Assembly: GCA_963749495.1 (NCBI GenBank)
Contig: CAVVMW010000001.1
Location: forward strand, 32,001-96,000
DNA length: 64,000 bases
Source: an uncultured bacterium
Lineage (GTDB): Bacteria; Verrucomicrobiota; Verrucomicrobiia; Limisphaerales; UBA8199
Reading direction: 5' to 3'
This document shows, piece after piece, positions 33,309-45,400 of the stretch (position 1 is the first letter of the stretch; each line of letters begins with the position of its first letter). The notes beneath the pieces are model-generated. The model was not told where the DNA came from, did not search any database, and worked only from the letters and a program-made list of their open reading frames with translations. The translations under genes were made by a program, and so were the position numbers.

Positions 33309-34838
33309 CTAATTCTCCTTCCTGGATTGGATAAAGCGGCAGGCCTCGGCGGCGGCTTCGCTGAGTTCCTTATTGGGATTGGCAGTCAAGTCTTTGAGCG
33401 GCCCCAGACTCCTTGAGGTGCCGATTTGCTTGAGGACACCGCAGGCCAGGCAACGGGTCTCGATGTTCTTTTCCTTGAGCAAGGGCATCACCGCGGGTTC
33501 GGCGGCGGTGCCGATCCGCACGAGCGCCTCCGCGGCGGCGCCCTCACGCGGTGGCCGATAGAACGGTTGGTCGCTTTGTCCGCTCGCCAGCAGGTTAACC
33601 AGCGGCTCGATTGCGCGCGGGTCTCTCAGGCGGCCCAGGCCCTTGGCAACAGTGGCGCGCGTCGTGGCGTCAGGCTCGTTCAGGCCCTTGAGGAGCAGCG
33701 GCACGTGCTCTTTGGCGCCGTGGTTGGCCAGGATCGTCAAAAGCGCGCGGCGGGTGGCGTCGTCGCGCTCGCCGGCCATCGAGGCCACCATGCTGAGCAG
33801 CTCCGGCGTGGGCGCTGCCAGCCGGCTGCTGCTCAACTCGCGTGCTGCGGCCTGGCGCTTGGCCTCATCGTCCGACTTCAATTGCTCCTCCAGCTTTGCC
33901 ATTTCTTCCTCGGTGAATTTCGTTTCCGGTGCCGGGGCCGGAAGCGGCGCAATGGCCTGTTCGCGCTCTGTGCCTTCCAACAACTGCCAGCGCAGGGTGA
34001 TCATCGACCGCCGGCTCAGGTTCTCCGTCACTGCCACCGTCTTGCATTCCAGCTCGATCCGCCTCGGCAGCCCCAGCGCGCGGTCAAGCTGGATCTGGCC
34101 TTCGCCGACAGCACTGACACGGGGTTCCGAGCCGGTCAGCAGGCGGCTGTCCAGGCTCAGGCTCTTCTGCAACGTGACGATTGACGGGGTCACCTCCGTT
34201 ACCTTGACGCGGGTCTTCTGCCGCGCCGCCAGCACGCCCTGCGCGCCACGACCGGGGAAATAGCCGGGATAACCCATTCCGCCCGGCGGACTCAGGAACG
34301 TGAACGCCGGCCCCTGCAGCAGCGGCTCGTCGAGCACAAATACCTCCTCCTCGCTTTCCCAGCCGGCAGTCGCGTCGGCCGGGAATGGCTGGACCAAGGA
34401 AGCTGCCAGTTGGCCCAGTGGAATCGGCAGCGCCAGGTCGCCGGCCTGCCGAAGGATTCTGCCTCGCTCGTCTATGAGCAGCTCCTTGTCCTGGCCCGGG
34501 TAACCATAGGTGTAAGAGGAAAGCGGCATGGAGGCGCCCGGCCGATAACCCATCATTGGAGGCATGCCGCCCAGGCTCTTGGGCCGCAGTTGGCCGCGCA
34601 CGGAAAGGCCGATAAAATTCGGGGCCACCGCCCGCGAACTGACCACCAACGTCCCGGCGATGGCTTCCCGCCCGGCCTCGCCCTGACTCTCGACCTGCAC
34701 GCTGTATGCGTTGGTTTGCCCGGCGGCGACACTGCAGCGCAGGAGCACGGGCGTGACTTCAGCCGCGGCCAGCGGATCGGCACCCAGAAGCGCCGCCCCA
34801 CCGAGGATGCACAGGGGATGAACCAGAAAGCGTTTCAT
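33309..34838 (-). CDS. Secreted HEAT-repeat protein
   Basis: Signal peptide; C-terminal HEAT repeats (RATVAKGLGRLRDPRAIEPLVNLL). Confidence 0.8.
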   Translation of the reverse strand: MKRFLVHPLCILGGAALLGADPLAAAEVTPVLLRCSVAAGQTNAYSVQVESQGEAGREAIAGTLVVSSRAVAPNFIGLSVRGQLRPKSLGGMPPMMGYRPGASMPLSSYTYGYPGQDKELLIDERGRILRQAGDLALPIPLGQLAASLVQPFPADATAGWESEEEVFVLDEPLLQGPAFTFLSPPGGMGYPGYFPGRGAQGVLAARQKTRVKVTEVTPSIVTLQKSLSLDSRLLTGSEPRVSAVGEGQIQLDRALGLPRRIELECKTVAVTENLSRRSMITLRWQLLEGTEREQAIAPLPAPAPETKFTEEEMAKLEEQLKSDDEAKRQAAARELSSSRLAAPTPELLSMVASMAGERDDATRRALLTILANHGAKEHVPLLLKGLNEPDATTRATVAKGLGRLRDPRAIEPLVNLLASGQSDQPFYRPPREGAAAEALVRIGTAAEPAVMPLLKEKNIETRCLACGVLKQIGTSRSLGPLKDLTANPNKELSEAAAEACRFIQSRKEN

Positions 34839-34902
34839 AAGCGCGATTGTGCGACGCCGCGCCACGAACACAAGACATTATCCTAAAAAGAGCAGTTCAG
34901 CC

Positions 34903-35703
34903 ATCGAGTAGAGCAGAGGCGCGAACATGATTAGGCCAATGACTTCCAGTGTATCGGCCCTTTCGGGCATCGTGGCAAACGGTCATCAGGCCATTCACTT
35001 CGTTTCCTCTGCCCCCTCTAAAATTCCGTACGGTGGGTTTTCCCCAGTACCGGCTTCAAACCCGCCTGACGCCACGGCCACCTTCGCGGGCGTGCTACCG
35101 CCCGCTTATAGGCCGTCACCGTCGGTATCTCCGTCCCCGGCGGTTGTTCCGTAGTCGGACTTGCCTCCAAGCGGCACCGAGAACTTCTGACCACGACCGC
35201 GGGTCCAGTGGCCCTTGGCTCCCCAACCGGTTGTGCTGTCCGGTCGGCTCCTCGCTTACTATGGCCACATGTGCGCCTCTGTTGGCCACCCAGCGGCTTA
35301 TGCATTATTCCGCCAGGCTGCGGGGCCAACCCGCCAGCCCCAGAGGGTCCCCAATTTACTCTGCCAGTCCTTTCACCCCATGCCGCCGCCCGTACTCCGG
35401 TGACTCCAACGATTGCCTGCGACGATGCCTTCATCGTTGGTTGTGCCTTCGCCGTTTTCGCACCGGCTCGGCAGTCACAAATCCCACGAATCCGGAACCC
35501 GTGGGTAACGTAACGAAGCTGCAGCTTTCGCTTTATGCTACGGCCTGGAGGTGTTGCTCGCCCTGCTCCGGCCAGGACTTTTACGACCGAGCTTTCGCGG
35601 GTCGGGTCGCCCCTTCCCGCGTCGGTTATCACTGTATGGTTCATCGTCAGTTACCATCGCCGGACTTCCACCGGCTGGACTGGCAGCCTTATGGGCTGCG
35701 AGC
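34903..35703 (-). ncRNA. ORF-less group II intron (~800 nt)
   Basis: Domain V-like gaagccggtactggggaaaacccaccgtacggaattttagagggggc, then a DVI-like stem ending ..ctctactcgAT; 5' region (g)ctcgcagcc..ccggtggaagtccgg; no RT ORF; 5' boundary uncertain by ~2 nt. Confidence 0.8.
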
Positions 35704-36105
35704 GAAAAGGCGCAAAAGTCGCGAAACATGAAAGACTCTCGTGCAGCGGATCTGTCTCCGCTTGGGTGAGGATCGTGGCGAGTGCAAGTGCTTCTTTTTG
35801 CGTTTTTTGCCCCTTTTCGCGGCTATTCAACTGCCGTTTCGAGGATTATTCCTCCGCGAAATCGGGGCCCCGATGAACGCTCTCGCCACGGTGCGAGATG
35901 TCCGGACTAAGCGACATACTCATTCCAATCTGATCCTCCGACTGCATCCATGCAACCCCAAAAACGCGTGCGAAAACCGCCAGGGCGTATCCGGACGCCG
36001 CCCCCGCCGGCTGCGGCGAGACCGGAGTGGGCCCAAACTGCAAGACCGCCCCAAAACGAGGCGGGCTCAGTCCTGCACTTGCGCATTGTCAATCCGCAGC
36101 TCGCC

Positions 36106-36290
36106 TCACGCCCACAACTGCCCGTCGAGCATGCGGCATTGGATGGCTTCGGAAACGTGGTCCGGCGTAATCGATTCCGAGCCGGCCAGGTCGGCGATCG
36201 TGCGGGCGCAGCCGCGGGCGCTGAAGTTCAAGTCGGCCATCGCGAGCTGGAGCATCTCAAGGGTGGCCGCGTCCAGGGCGCAGCAGTGAT
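36106..36290 (-). pseudogene. comM: comM/yifB 3' fragment (degenerate)
   Basis: [57 protein letters not shown]. Confidence 0.85.
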
Positions 36291-36337
36291 CGAGCACCCC
36301 TGGCTGGAACGCCCGCCGTCACCCGTCCGGCCTCCAA

Positions 36338-36490
36338 AAAACCCTTGATTTACTGGGATTCCAATGCGGTCGTGCTCAAAAAAGGTTGAATCTACCGAGG
36401 TTGTAGCACCTTGTAGCACCCTATGTAGCACCCTGGACCCCAAAAAGAGCCCGGATTTACCGAGGTTGTAGCAGTGTAGCACCTCCAGAC
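36338..36490. repeat. Iteron-like TGTAGCA(C) direct repeats
   Basis: Five TGTAGCA copies; taccgaggttgtagca present twice. Confidence 0.65.
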
Positions 36491-36544
36491 CCCCCGAAGG
36501 GGGGCGGGGCCGGACGGACCAGAAGGGAGGCCAAGCTAATGACG

Positions 36545-36700
36545 CCATTTCTTCAGGGTGAAACTCAGATCTCGCCCAGCACCGTGGACATCGTGGAAAC
36601 TTTCCAGCACAAGGACGACAATGAAATGGATTTCGCCGAAGCCAAAGGCCAGGAGAACCTGAAGCGGGCGCTGGAGATGGCTGGGGCCGGCGCCCACAAA
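36545..36700 (+). pseudogene. comM: Inverted, degenerate internal comM fragment ending just before Walker A
   Basis: FLQGETQISPSTVDI..MDFAEAKGQENLKRALEMAGAGAH vs intact [39 protein letters not shown]. Confidence 0.8.
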
Positions 36701-36707
36701 TCAGGCA

Positions 36708-36950
36708 TCAGCGGATTCGCGACAAACGGGCACGTTCCTCACGCTTCCGGGCTCGTTTGAAGTCCTGGTAGGCCTCAGCGGTGACCTGGATGAAAGCGCG
36801 GGACGAGAGGTCCTTCTTGCCTGCTTTGGTCAAGGCTGCCTGGATAAGGGCGTCGAGGCGAGCCCGGCATTGGGTCTTTTGGCCAGGCTCGCACGTTTCC
36901 AGGTCGTAGCGAGCCTGCAGGATCGCTTCCGGTTCAGGATTCCGGGGCAT
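36708..36950 (-). CDS. Small basic hypothetical protein (80 aa)
   Basis: MPRNPEPEAILQARYDLETC..; overlaps the upstream ORF. Confidence 0.55.
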   Translation of the reverse strand: MPRNPEPEAILQARYDLETCEPGQKTQCRARLDALIQAALTKAGKKDLSSRAFIQVTAEAYQDFKRARKREERARLSRIR

Positions 36951-37353
36951 CGAAGAGTTGCCTGAAGATCGCGGCGCGGCGGTCCGGCTTAAGGCTGCCA
37001 TGCCACTCGGCCTGAGTATCGTAGAGTTCCTCGACCATTGCCTCGAGGTCCGAGAGCTTGATGCCGGCGGCATTGCGCGGCAGACCTCCGCTCCGCCGGG
37101 CGTCGGTTACCAGTCGCTCGCCTTCCGCGATGAGCGCGGCCAGCCAGGTCTTATGATAACGCTTATCCATCGGAGTCGGTTTGCGCTCAATCATACGCTC
37201 CAACTCGGCCTGCCGGAAGAGGTCAATCGCCTTAAACCAACTGACTGCCTCCGGGAGGCGTCCGTAACGCCTGGCCTGCAAATCACGCGCATTCTGTTCC
37301 AGCACCAGGCCCACGGCCTGCCAACGAGGCGATTCGATCTCGGCCGCTCTCAT
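36934..37353 (-). CDS. Hypothetical protein (139 aa)
   Basis: Helical ORF MRAAEIESPRWQAV.. preceded by TTGACG-N17-TAAAAT just upstream of the ATG. Confidence 0.6.
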   Translation of the reverse strand: MRAAEIESPRWQAVGLVLEQNARDLQARRYGRLPEAVSWFKAIDLFRQAELERMIERKPTPMDKRYHKTWLAALIAEGERLVTDARRSGGLPRNAAGIKLSDLEAMVEELYDTQAEWHGSLKPDRRAAIFRQLFDAPES

Positions 37354-37408
37354 GCGCCAATTTTACGGTCTTGGCGCAGACACGTCAAACGTCAAACAGC
37401 CAGCGAGC

Positions 37409-37525
37409 CTCACGTCCACAACTGCCGGTCCAGCGAGCGGTACTGGATGGCCTCGGAGATGTGGTCGCTGAGGATGTTTTCGGAGCCGGCGAGGTCGGCG
37501 ATTGTGCGAGCTACTTTGAGAATGC
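37409..37525 (-). pseudogene. comM: comM/yifB 3' fragment
   Basis: [37 protein letters not shown]. Confidence 0.88.
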
Positions 37526-37633
37526 ATCTATTCGCGTTCATTCGCGTTCATTCGCGGTTGAAGAAGCTCAACTGCCTGGTTTAGGTTTCGCTGCGAAGAA
37601 CGCGCAGACGGGGCGTCCGCGCTCCTGTGCGCG

Positions 37634-39160
37634 TCATCCCCAGATCTGGCGGTCCAGGGAGCGGTACTGGATGGCCTCGGAGACGTGGTCCGGGGCAATC
37701 AATTCCGAGCCGGCCAGGTCGGCGATCGTGCGGGCCACCTTCAAGATGCGGTCGTAGGCACGGGCGCTCAAGTTGAGGTCCGACATGGCGAACTGGATCA
37801 GCCCCTTGGCCGTCTCGTCCAGTTGGCAGAACTGCTTGAGCTCGCGCGTGCCCATCCGGGCATTGCACGTCACGCGCGCCCGCCCCTCGAAACGCTTCTG
37901 CTGCACCCGCCGCGCGGCCACGACCCGCTGGCGGATGGCGGCGGAAGACTCGCCCGTGCGCTCCGCGCTGATCTCCCTGAACTTCACCGGCGGCACCTCC
38001 ACGTGCAGGTCGATCCGGTCCAGGAGCGGGCCCGAGATGCGGCCCAGGTAGTTCTGTATCTCGCGCGGCGAACACCTCGACTCGGCGGGCATCTTGCCAT
38101 CGGGAGTCGGGTTCATGGCGGCCACCAGCATGAATTCGCTGGGGAACGTCATCGTGCCGGCAGCCCGGGAGATGGTGACGCGGCCCTCCTCCAGCGGTTG
38201 GCGCAGGGTCTCCAGGACGTTGCGCTTGAACTCGGGCAACTCGTCCAGGAAGAGCACGCCGTGGTGGGCCAGAGAGATCTCGCCCGGCGTCGGGTTGATG
38301 TTGCCCCCCAGCAACCCGGCATCGCTGGCCGTGTGATGGGGTGCTCGAAACGGGCGCCGGGTCACCAGCGCCTGGCCCGGCTTGAGCAGGCCCACAATGC
38401 TGTGGACCTTGGTCGTCTCCAGCGCCTCCTCCAGCGTCAGCGGCGGCAGAATGGTCGGCAGCCGCTTGGCCAGCATGGACTTGCCGGTGCCCGGGTTCCC
38501 AAGGAGAAGCACGTTGTGGCCGCCGCTGGCCGCTATCTCCAGCGCCCGCTTGACCGACTCCTGGCCCTTCACGTCGGCAAAATCCATATCGTCCTCGGGG
38601 GGTTGCTCAAATATGCGGGCCACGTCCACCGTCACGGGGGAGATTTGGACCTCCCCTTCCAGAAAGCCCACCGCCTCCCGCAGGTTCCGGACCGGGATGA
38701 CCTGCAGCCCGGCCACCACCGCCGCCTCGGCCGCGTTTTCGGCCGGAACCATCAGCCCGCCCGTGCCCTCCTCGCGCGCCCGCAGGGCTATGGGCAGCAC
38801 CCCTTTGACCGGGCGCACCCCGCCGTCCAGGGCCAATTCCCCCACGATCATGAAATTGCCCAACTGGTCGGAGTCCATCTGCTCGCTGGCGGCCACCATG
38901 CCGACGGCAATCGGCAGGTCGAAACTCGGCCCCTCCTTCTTCACGTCGGCCGGAGCCAGGTTGATCGTAGTGCGGCCGAAGGTGAATGAAAACCCGGAAT
39001 TGATGAGCGCGGTCATCACGCGGTCCCGCGACTCCTTCACCGCCGCATCCGGCAGGCCAACGATGATGATGATCGTGTCGCCATACCCGGCGTTCACCTC
39101 GACCTCGACCGGATACGCTTCGATGCCATTGACGGCCGCCGAACAGACCTTGGCCAACAT
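37634..39160 (-). CDS. comM: YifB/ComM Mg-chelatase-like AAA+ ATPase (intact, 508 aa)
   Basis: [73 protein letters not shown]. Confidence 0.95.
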   Translation of the reverse strand: MLAKVCSAAVNGIEAYPVEVEVNAGYGDTIIIIVGLPDAAVKESRDRVMTALINSGFSFTFGRTTINLAPADVKKEGPSFDLPIAVGMVAASEQMDSDQLGNFMIVGELALDGGVRPVKGVLPIALRAREEGTGGLMVPAENAAEAAVVAGLQVIPVRNLREAVGFLEGEVQISPVTVDVARIFEQPPEDDMDFADVKGQESVKRALEIAASGGHNVLLLGNPGTGKSMLAKRLPTILPPLTLEEALETTKVHSIVGLLKPGQALVTRRPFRAPHHTASDAGLLGGNINPTPGEISLAHHGVLFLDELPEFKRNVLETLRQPLEEGRVTISRAAGTMTFPSEFMLVAAMNPTPDGKMPAESRCSPREIQNYLGRISGPLLDRIDLHVEVPPVKFREISAERTGESSAAIRQRVVAARRVQQKRFEGRARVTCNARMGTRELKQFCQLDETAKGLIQFAMSDLNLSARAYDRILKVARTIADLAGSELIAPDHVSEAIQYRSLDRQIWG

Positions 39161-39463
39161 GGGGGGAGTTATGAGCGCCTCGGCGCGGAAACGCAATGAA
39201 GAAGTGCGCAGGCCGGCGCCTGGGTGCACAGGGGGCTGGACCCTTTGCAGCGTTACTCCCTCGGTAAAATTCTCAGAGGGCTTGGCCACGTGGGCGGTTT
39301 CTCGAGGCCTTCCGTTGCGGAAACCTGGAGCTTGGTCTGTGCATCAGCCCAGACTATGGTGTGAGCCCCTTCCTGACCCCTTCCGCCTTCCGTGGACCCC
39401 TTCCGTGGCGTGTGTGCACCAGCCCAAACTATGGCCGACCCCTTTGCACACGTTTCCATAAGC

Positions 39464-42400
39464 TTACGTTCCAGGTGTGGTTGCGCGGTAATAGCGGTAT
39501 CGGAAGTTGGCGGTGGCCGGGTCAACGAACTGGATGGTGCCGAATGTGGGTGGATTAGTGAAGATCGGCGTCCAGTGCGTCAAATCGGTGGAGGCCTCGA
39601 TGAGCACCGATCCCTGGCCGGTCAACCCAGACAAGGTGAGATGGAATTGGCCATGGCTGTACTGGATGGCCCCCGAACTGGTAACGAAGGAAACAGGAAC
39701 CCCGAGCACGCTCAATGTCGGGGCCGCGCTGGTAACCGAGCCGTAGGCGTTGGTGATGACCACGTCGTAAGTGCCTGCGTTGGCAGCGGCAACCGGATTC
39801 AACACGAGCGTGGCATTTGCCGCCGCGGTGAGATTGGCTCCGTCAAACTGCCATTGGTACACCAATGGCGCGCTCCCGGCAGCGCTCACTGAAAAAGATG
39901 CGCTGCCACCCAGAACGACTGACTGGTTTGTGGGCTGGATGGAAATTTGCGGCGCCGCCTGGCCCACAGTCAGTGTGCCATTGACCAGGCTGAGCGTGTA
40001 GTTGGTCTGACGGTTGTTCGGGTCCACGAGGCTCGGCACGATGGGGTATGTTCCCGCCGGGCTGCTGGCGGTTGCGCTGCAACTGTAGGTCGCGGTGATG
40101 TTGTCGCCGTTCGTCAAGCCTGTGATGGTCCCCGTGAACACCGGGTTGGCCGCGCCGCACAGGCGGCCTGCATTGGCCGCCGTCACGGTCAAGGAGGCGG
40201 GCGAAACGACCAGGCTGACAGTGTCGGTTGCGCTGCTGTAATCAACCGTGTCCGTCGGCGTGAAGATGACCGAAAGCGTATTGGCGCCCGCGTTGAGCAC
40301 GGCGCCGCTGGTTGGGTTATAGGCAAAGCTTCCGGGCACGTTCGCCGTGGCGTTCAACTGGTTGGGCGTGAGGGATGCGCCGTAGATGATGGGGGCGGGG
40401 TTGGCCCACGTAATGACCTCGGCCGCCTGGCCCACAGTCAGTGTGCCATTGACCAGGCTGAGCGTGTAGTTGGTCTGACGGTTGTTCGGGTCCACGAGGC
40501 TCGGCACGATGGGGTATGTTCCCGCCGGGCTGCTGGCGGTTGCGCTGCAACTGTAGGTCGCGGTGATGTTGTCGCCGTTCGTCACGCCAGTGATGGTCCC
40601 CGTGAACACCGGGTTGGCTTGGCCATAAGCCCGGTTCGCATTGGCCGCCGTCACGGTCAAGGAGGCGGGCGAAACGACCAGGCTGACAGTGTCGGTTGCG
40701 CTGCTGTAATCAACCGTGTCGGTCGGCGTGAAGATGACCGAAAGCGTATTGGCGCCCGCGTTCAGCACGGCGCCGCTGGTTGGGTTGTAGGCAAAGGCGC
40801 CGGGCACGCTCGCAGTGGCGTCCAACTGATTGGGGCCGAGAGCCGTGCCGTAGGTGATGGGGGCGGGGTTGGCCCACGTAATGACCTCGGTCACCTGGCT
40901 AGCGGAGAGCAGGCTCAACGCAAAGAGCGCTCCATCGCCCGCGCTGCCGCCATTGAAGGTCGTTGCACACAAGTTGCCGTCCGACAGCACCAACCCCGCA
41001 CAGGGATTGGCCCCGTCAAAGTTAGTCCTGGTGTTGAGGTCAGGCGCGTTGAAGGGCTCAAGCGCGCTGAAATTGTAAAGAGTGGCGAAGCCCGTGCCGT
41101 TTGTGTTGACCTCGAAGATCGTTCCCGAGCCGCCGTTGCCGCCCGCCTGCGTGGTCCCATACAGCATGGCGCCGGACAAGATCACTCCCCCCGGCGGCTG
41201 GGCCCCATCGCCGTTGGTGTAGCTCCCGCTTGAAGGGTCGGCGGAAGTGGCGGTAAAGGTGTAAATCGTGGTGAAGCCCGAGCCGTCCGTATTGAGCTTG
41301 AACACCGTGCCATTATTTCCACTGCCGCCTGCGGCGGCCGTCCCATAGAGTGTGCTGCCAGCCAAAAGCAGTTGCCCCGACGGTTGGAGGCCGTCGCTGT
41401 TCGTGAAAGTATGGAGGACGGTGAAGCCCAAGCCGTCCGTGTCAAGCTTGAACAAGGTGCCGCCTCCCGAGGCGCCACCATCGGTCGTTGTCCCATAGAG
41501 GCTGTTGCCGGCCAGCAGCAGGGGCGACGCCGGGTATGCTCCGTCATCGTTGGTGTAGGTCCCCCCACCGGGCATGGGATCGAAAGAGTGGAGCAGGGCG
41601 AAGCCCGAACCGTCGGTGTTGAGCTTGAACACGGTTCCGTTAAGCCCTTGGCCGCCAAACCGGGCGGTTCCGTAGAGGGCGCCACCGGACAGGACCAAGC
41701 CGTTGGGCACGGAGCCGTTGGTGCTGCCATTGGAGAAGCTAAAGAGGGTGGTTAAGCCTGAACCATTGGTGCCGATCTTGAACACGGTGCCGCCACCCAT
41801 GTCACCCCCGCCTGGGGCTGCGCCGTAGAGCGTGTCGCCGGACAGCACCAGTGGCCCTTCTGGCCAGGCCCCATCGCTGTTCGTGTACCAGCCCATCGCC
41901 AACGCACTGAAGTTGTAGAGGTTGGTGAAGGCGGAGCCGTCCGTATTGACCGCGAAGATCGTTCCGGAGCCGCCACTGCCACCGCCCGACATGACCCCGT
42001 ACAGCCGGTGGCCCCCCAGCACCAATCCCTGGGGATGAATCCCGTCGCTGTTGGTAGGCCACACGGTCGAGGGACCAAAGCCGCTGCCGCCGAGGCCAAA
42101 AGTGTAAACCTCCGTGCAGCCTGCCGAAATGTTCGGGCCAAAGCCTTCAATGGCGATGCCATTTTGGTCGGTCGCAAAGAGCGTGGGCGAAAAAATGCCG
42201 GCATTGGTGTAAGTGTGGGACGGATTTTGCAGAACGCTGGTGGCGCCGTCGCCGAAGGTCCAGGTCCAATTAGTGATCGTGACGCCCAGGGTGTCCACCG
42301 CCGGGGCGTTGAATTGAACCCACAGGGCAACCAGGCCGTTGGTCGGGCTGGCGGTGAACCCGATGGGCGGGTAGCCCGCCTGGCCCACAGTCAGTGTGCC

Positions 42401-45400
42401 ATTGACCAGGCTGACGGTGTAGTTGGTCTGACGGTTGTTCGGGTCCACCAGGCTCGGCACGATGGGGTATGTTCCCGCCGGGCTGCTGGCGGTTGCGCTG
42501 CAATTGTAAGTCGCCGTGATATTGTCGCCGTTCGTCACGCCTGTGATGGTGCCCGTGAACACCGGGTTGGCCGCGCCGCACAGGCGGCTTGCATTGGCCG
42601 CCGTCACGGTCAAGGACGCGGGCGAAACGACCAGGCTGACAGTGTCGGTTGCGGCGCTGTAATCAACCGTGTCGGCCGGCGTGAAGGCGACCGAAAGCGT
42701 ATTGGCGCCGGCGTTGAGCACTGCGCCATTGGTCGGGTTGTAGGCAAAGGCGCCGGGCACGCTCGCAGTGGCGTCCAACTGATTGGGGCCGAGAGCCGTG
42801 CCGTAGATGATGGGGGCGGGGTTGGCCCACGTAATGGCCTCGGTGACTTGGCCAGCGGAGAGCAGGCTCAACGTAAAGAGCGCCCCATCGCCCGCGCTGC
42901 CGCCATTGAAGGTCGTTGCAAACAAGTTGCCGTCCGACAGCACCAACCCCGCACACGGATTGGCCCCGTCAAAGTTAGTCCCGGTGATGGGGTCAGTCGC
43001 GCTGAAACTGTAAAGAGTGGCGAAGCCCGTGCCGTTCGTGTTGAGCGCGAAGATCGTTCCCGAGCCGCCGCTGCCGGCCCACTCCGTCGTCCCATACAGC
43101 ATGGCGCCGGACAAGATCACTCCCCCCTGCGGCTGGGCCCCATCGCCGGTAAAGGTGTAAATCGTGGTGAAGCCCGAGCCGTCGGTATCGAGCTTGAACA
43201 CCGTGCCATTATTTCCACTGCCGCCTGCGGCGGCCGTCCCATACAGTGTGCTGCCAGCCAAAAGGAGTTCCCCGCACGGTTGGAGGCCGTCGCTCTTCGT
43301 GAAAGTATGGAGCACGGCAAAGCCCAGAGCCGTCCGTGTTAAGCTTGAACAAGGTGCCGCCTCCCGAGGCGCCACCGTGCATCGTTGTCCCATAGAGGCT
43401 GTTGCCAGCCAGCAGCAGGGGCGCCTGCGGACAGGCGCCCTCGCCATTGGTTTGACTCCCGCTGGAAGGATCGTGTGCGCTGGCGGAAAAATCGTGAATC
43501 CTTGTGAAACCCGAGCCGTCGGTGGCGATTTTGAACACCGTGCCGTCCCCTCCGCTGCCGCCATACCCGGTCGTCCCATACAGTGTGTTGCTGGACAAGA
43601 CCAAACCGTTGGGCGTGGTTCCGCCGTCGCTGCCATCGGGGAAGTTAAAAAGCGTGGCAAAGCCCGAACCATCCGTGTTGATTTTGAAGACCGTTCCCTG
43701 GCCCATGAAGCTCGTGCCGCCGCCCGAGCCGCCGCTCGACGCCGCGCCATAGAGCGTGTTGCCGGACAGCACCAGCCGCGCCCTCGGCGACTCGCCGTCC
43801 CCGTTGGTATACCAACACCCCGGCGGCGCGCTGAAGCTGTAAAGATTGGTGAAGCCCGAACCGTCCGTGTTGACCGCGAAAATTGTCCCCGAACCGCCGT
43901 TGCCGCCGCCCGACATCACGCCGTAAAGCCGGTTGCCCGAGACCGTCAATGCGGCTTGCGGATGAATCCCGTCGCTGTTGGTCATGCCGTCTCTGGTAGG
44001 ATCAAATCCCACGCCGGCGACGCCAAACGTATGGACGCTCGAACAGCCTGCCGAAATGTTCGGGCCAAAGCCTATAATGGCGATGTGATTCTGGTTGGTC
44101 GTGAGGAGCGTGGGCGAAAAAATGCCGGCATTGGTGTAAGTGTGGAACGGACTTTGCAGAACGCTGGCGGCGCCGTCGCCGAAAGTCCAGGTCCAATTAG
44201 TGATCGTGACGCCCAGGGTGTCCGCCGCCGGCGCGTTGAATTGAACCGGCAGGGGAACCAGGCCGTTGGTCGGGCTGGCGTTGAACCCTATGGGCGGGTA
44301 GGCCGCGTAAATCTTCGGCCCCGTGGCCACAACGGCTGTGCCGTTGACGTTGGTGGCGTAAAGCTTGGGCGAAAACGTTTTCGGCTTCGAAGAAGTGTAA
44401 ATATACGAGGGATTTTGGTTCGTGGAGGTCGGGCCGTCGCCAAAATACCACAGCCAACTGACGATACTGTTGGTCCCGCTGTCCACAGCCGGGCAACTGA
44501 ATTCCACCAGCAAGGGCATATAGCCATTCGTCGGCCAGGCGGTGAATTGCACCGTGGGCAGGGCCACCACAATGTTCGTCGGGCCGATGCCCTGGACTGC
44601 CTTGCCGTTGATGTTGATGGCGGTGAGCGTGACCGAAAACGTGTTGGTATTGGTATAGGTGTGCGAGGGTGCTTGGTTCGTGTCGGTCGTGCCGTCGCCA
44701 AACGACCACAGCCAACTGACGATGTCGTTGGTCCCGCTGTCCATATTCGTGCAACTGAATTGAACCGCCAATGGCACCGGGCCGTTGGTCGGATCGGCGG
44801 TGAACGGGACGGTTAGTTGGTAGGGTTCATAACCCAGGGTGACAGTGTTGGTGGCGGTGGCATCCCACGTCCACGTCCCCAGCCCCGCAGGGTCGGTTGT
44901 ACTGCCCTGCAGCGTGGAGTTTGTCGTAATCGTCTGGTTCCAGGCGTTCGCGGAGTCCTGAAACGCAAATCGAAAACCCCCAACCTGACCCTCGTCCTCC
45001 AAGGCGTAGTACGCGCCCTCCTCTGATACCGCGCCCCACCCAGCGCAGCCACTGCTGAACAAGCTTTCCCACTGGCAACCGTCTTGGCCGTCGTAGTAAC
45101 CGAGAGCGCCGTACATCGAGGTGTTGAACGCACTATACACACCGTTGGCGTCCACCGTTCCGAACGAAACCCCCCCGCATCCGCCGACGAATTGGCCCAC
45201 CTCCTGGGAGTTGGCAATCCACACGCAAGGCGAGTTTGTCGGGTTGAACTGCGGATCGCTAGCGTAGCTGTCAGTCCAGTTTTCCGTGCAACCATCAAAC
45301 TCGCCAACGTCGTACCAATAAGCATGGCGCCAGATTCCGGAGGCCATCTGGGCCGCAGTTGAACTGATCAGGTTGCCAATCACCAGATTGGTTTCAGTCT

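Noticed and set aside
34949..35731. 260-aa and 208-aa ORFs as an intron-encoded protein
   Set aside because: No RT (YADD) or maturase motifs; they are read-throughs of structured intron RNA
36390..36490. TGTAGCAC repeats as a mini-CRISPR
   Set aside because: Repeats are 7-16 bp with irregular short spacing
37685..38989. Long antisense ORFs (also 73-699, 6510-7871, 9286-11010, 17989-19227, 39947-41233, 53736-55226)
   Set aside because: Shadows of well-supported opposite-strand genes in high-GC DNA, with no recognisable motifs
39957..44290. Near-identical repeats as a diversity-generating retroelement TR/VR pair
   Set aside because: No RT in the window, no evident adenine-specific mismatch bias, and all copies are in-frame domain repeats of one gene
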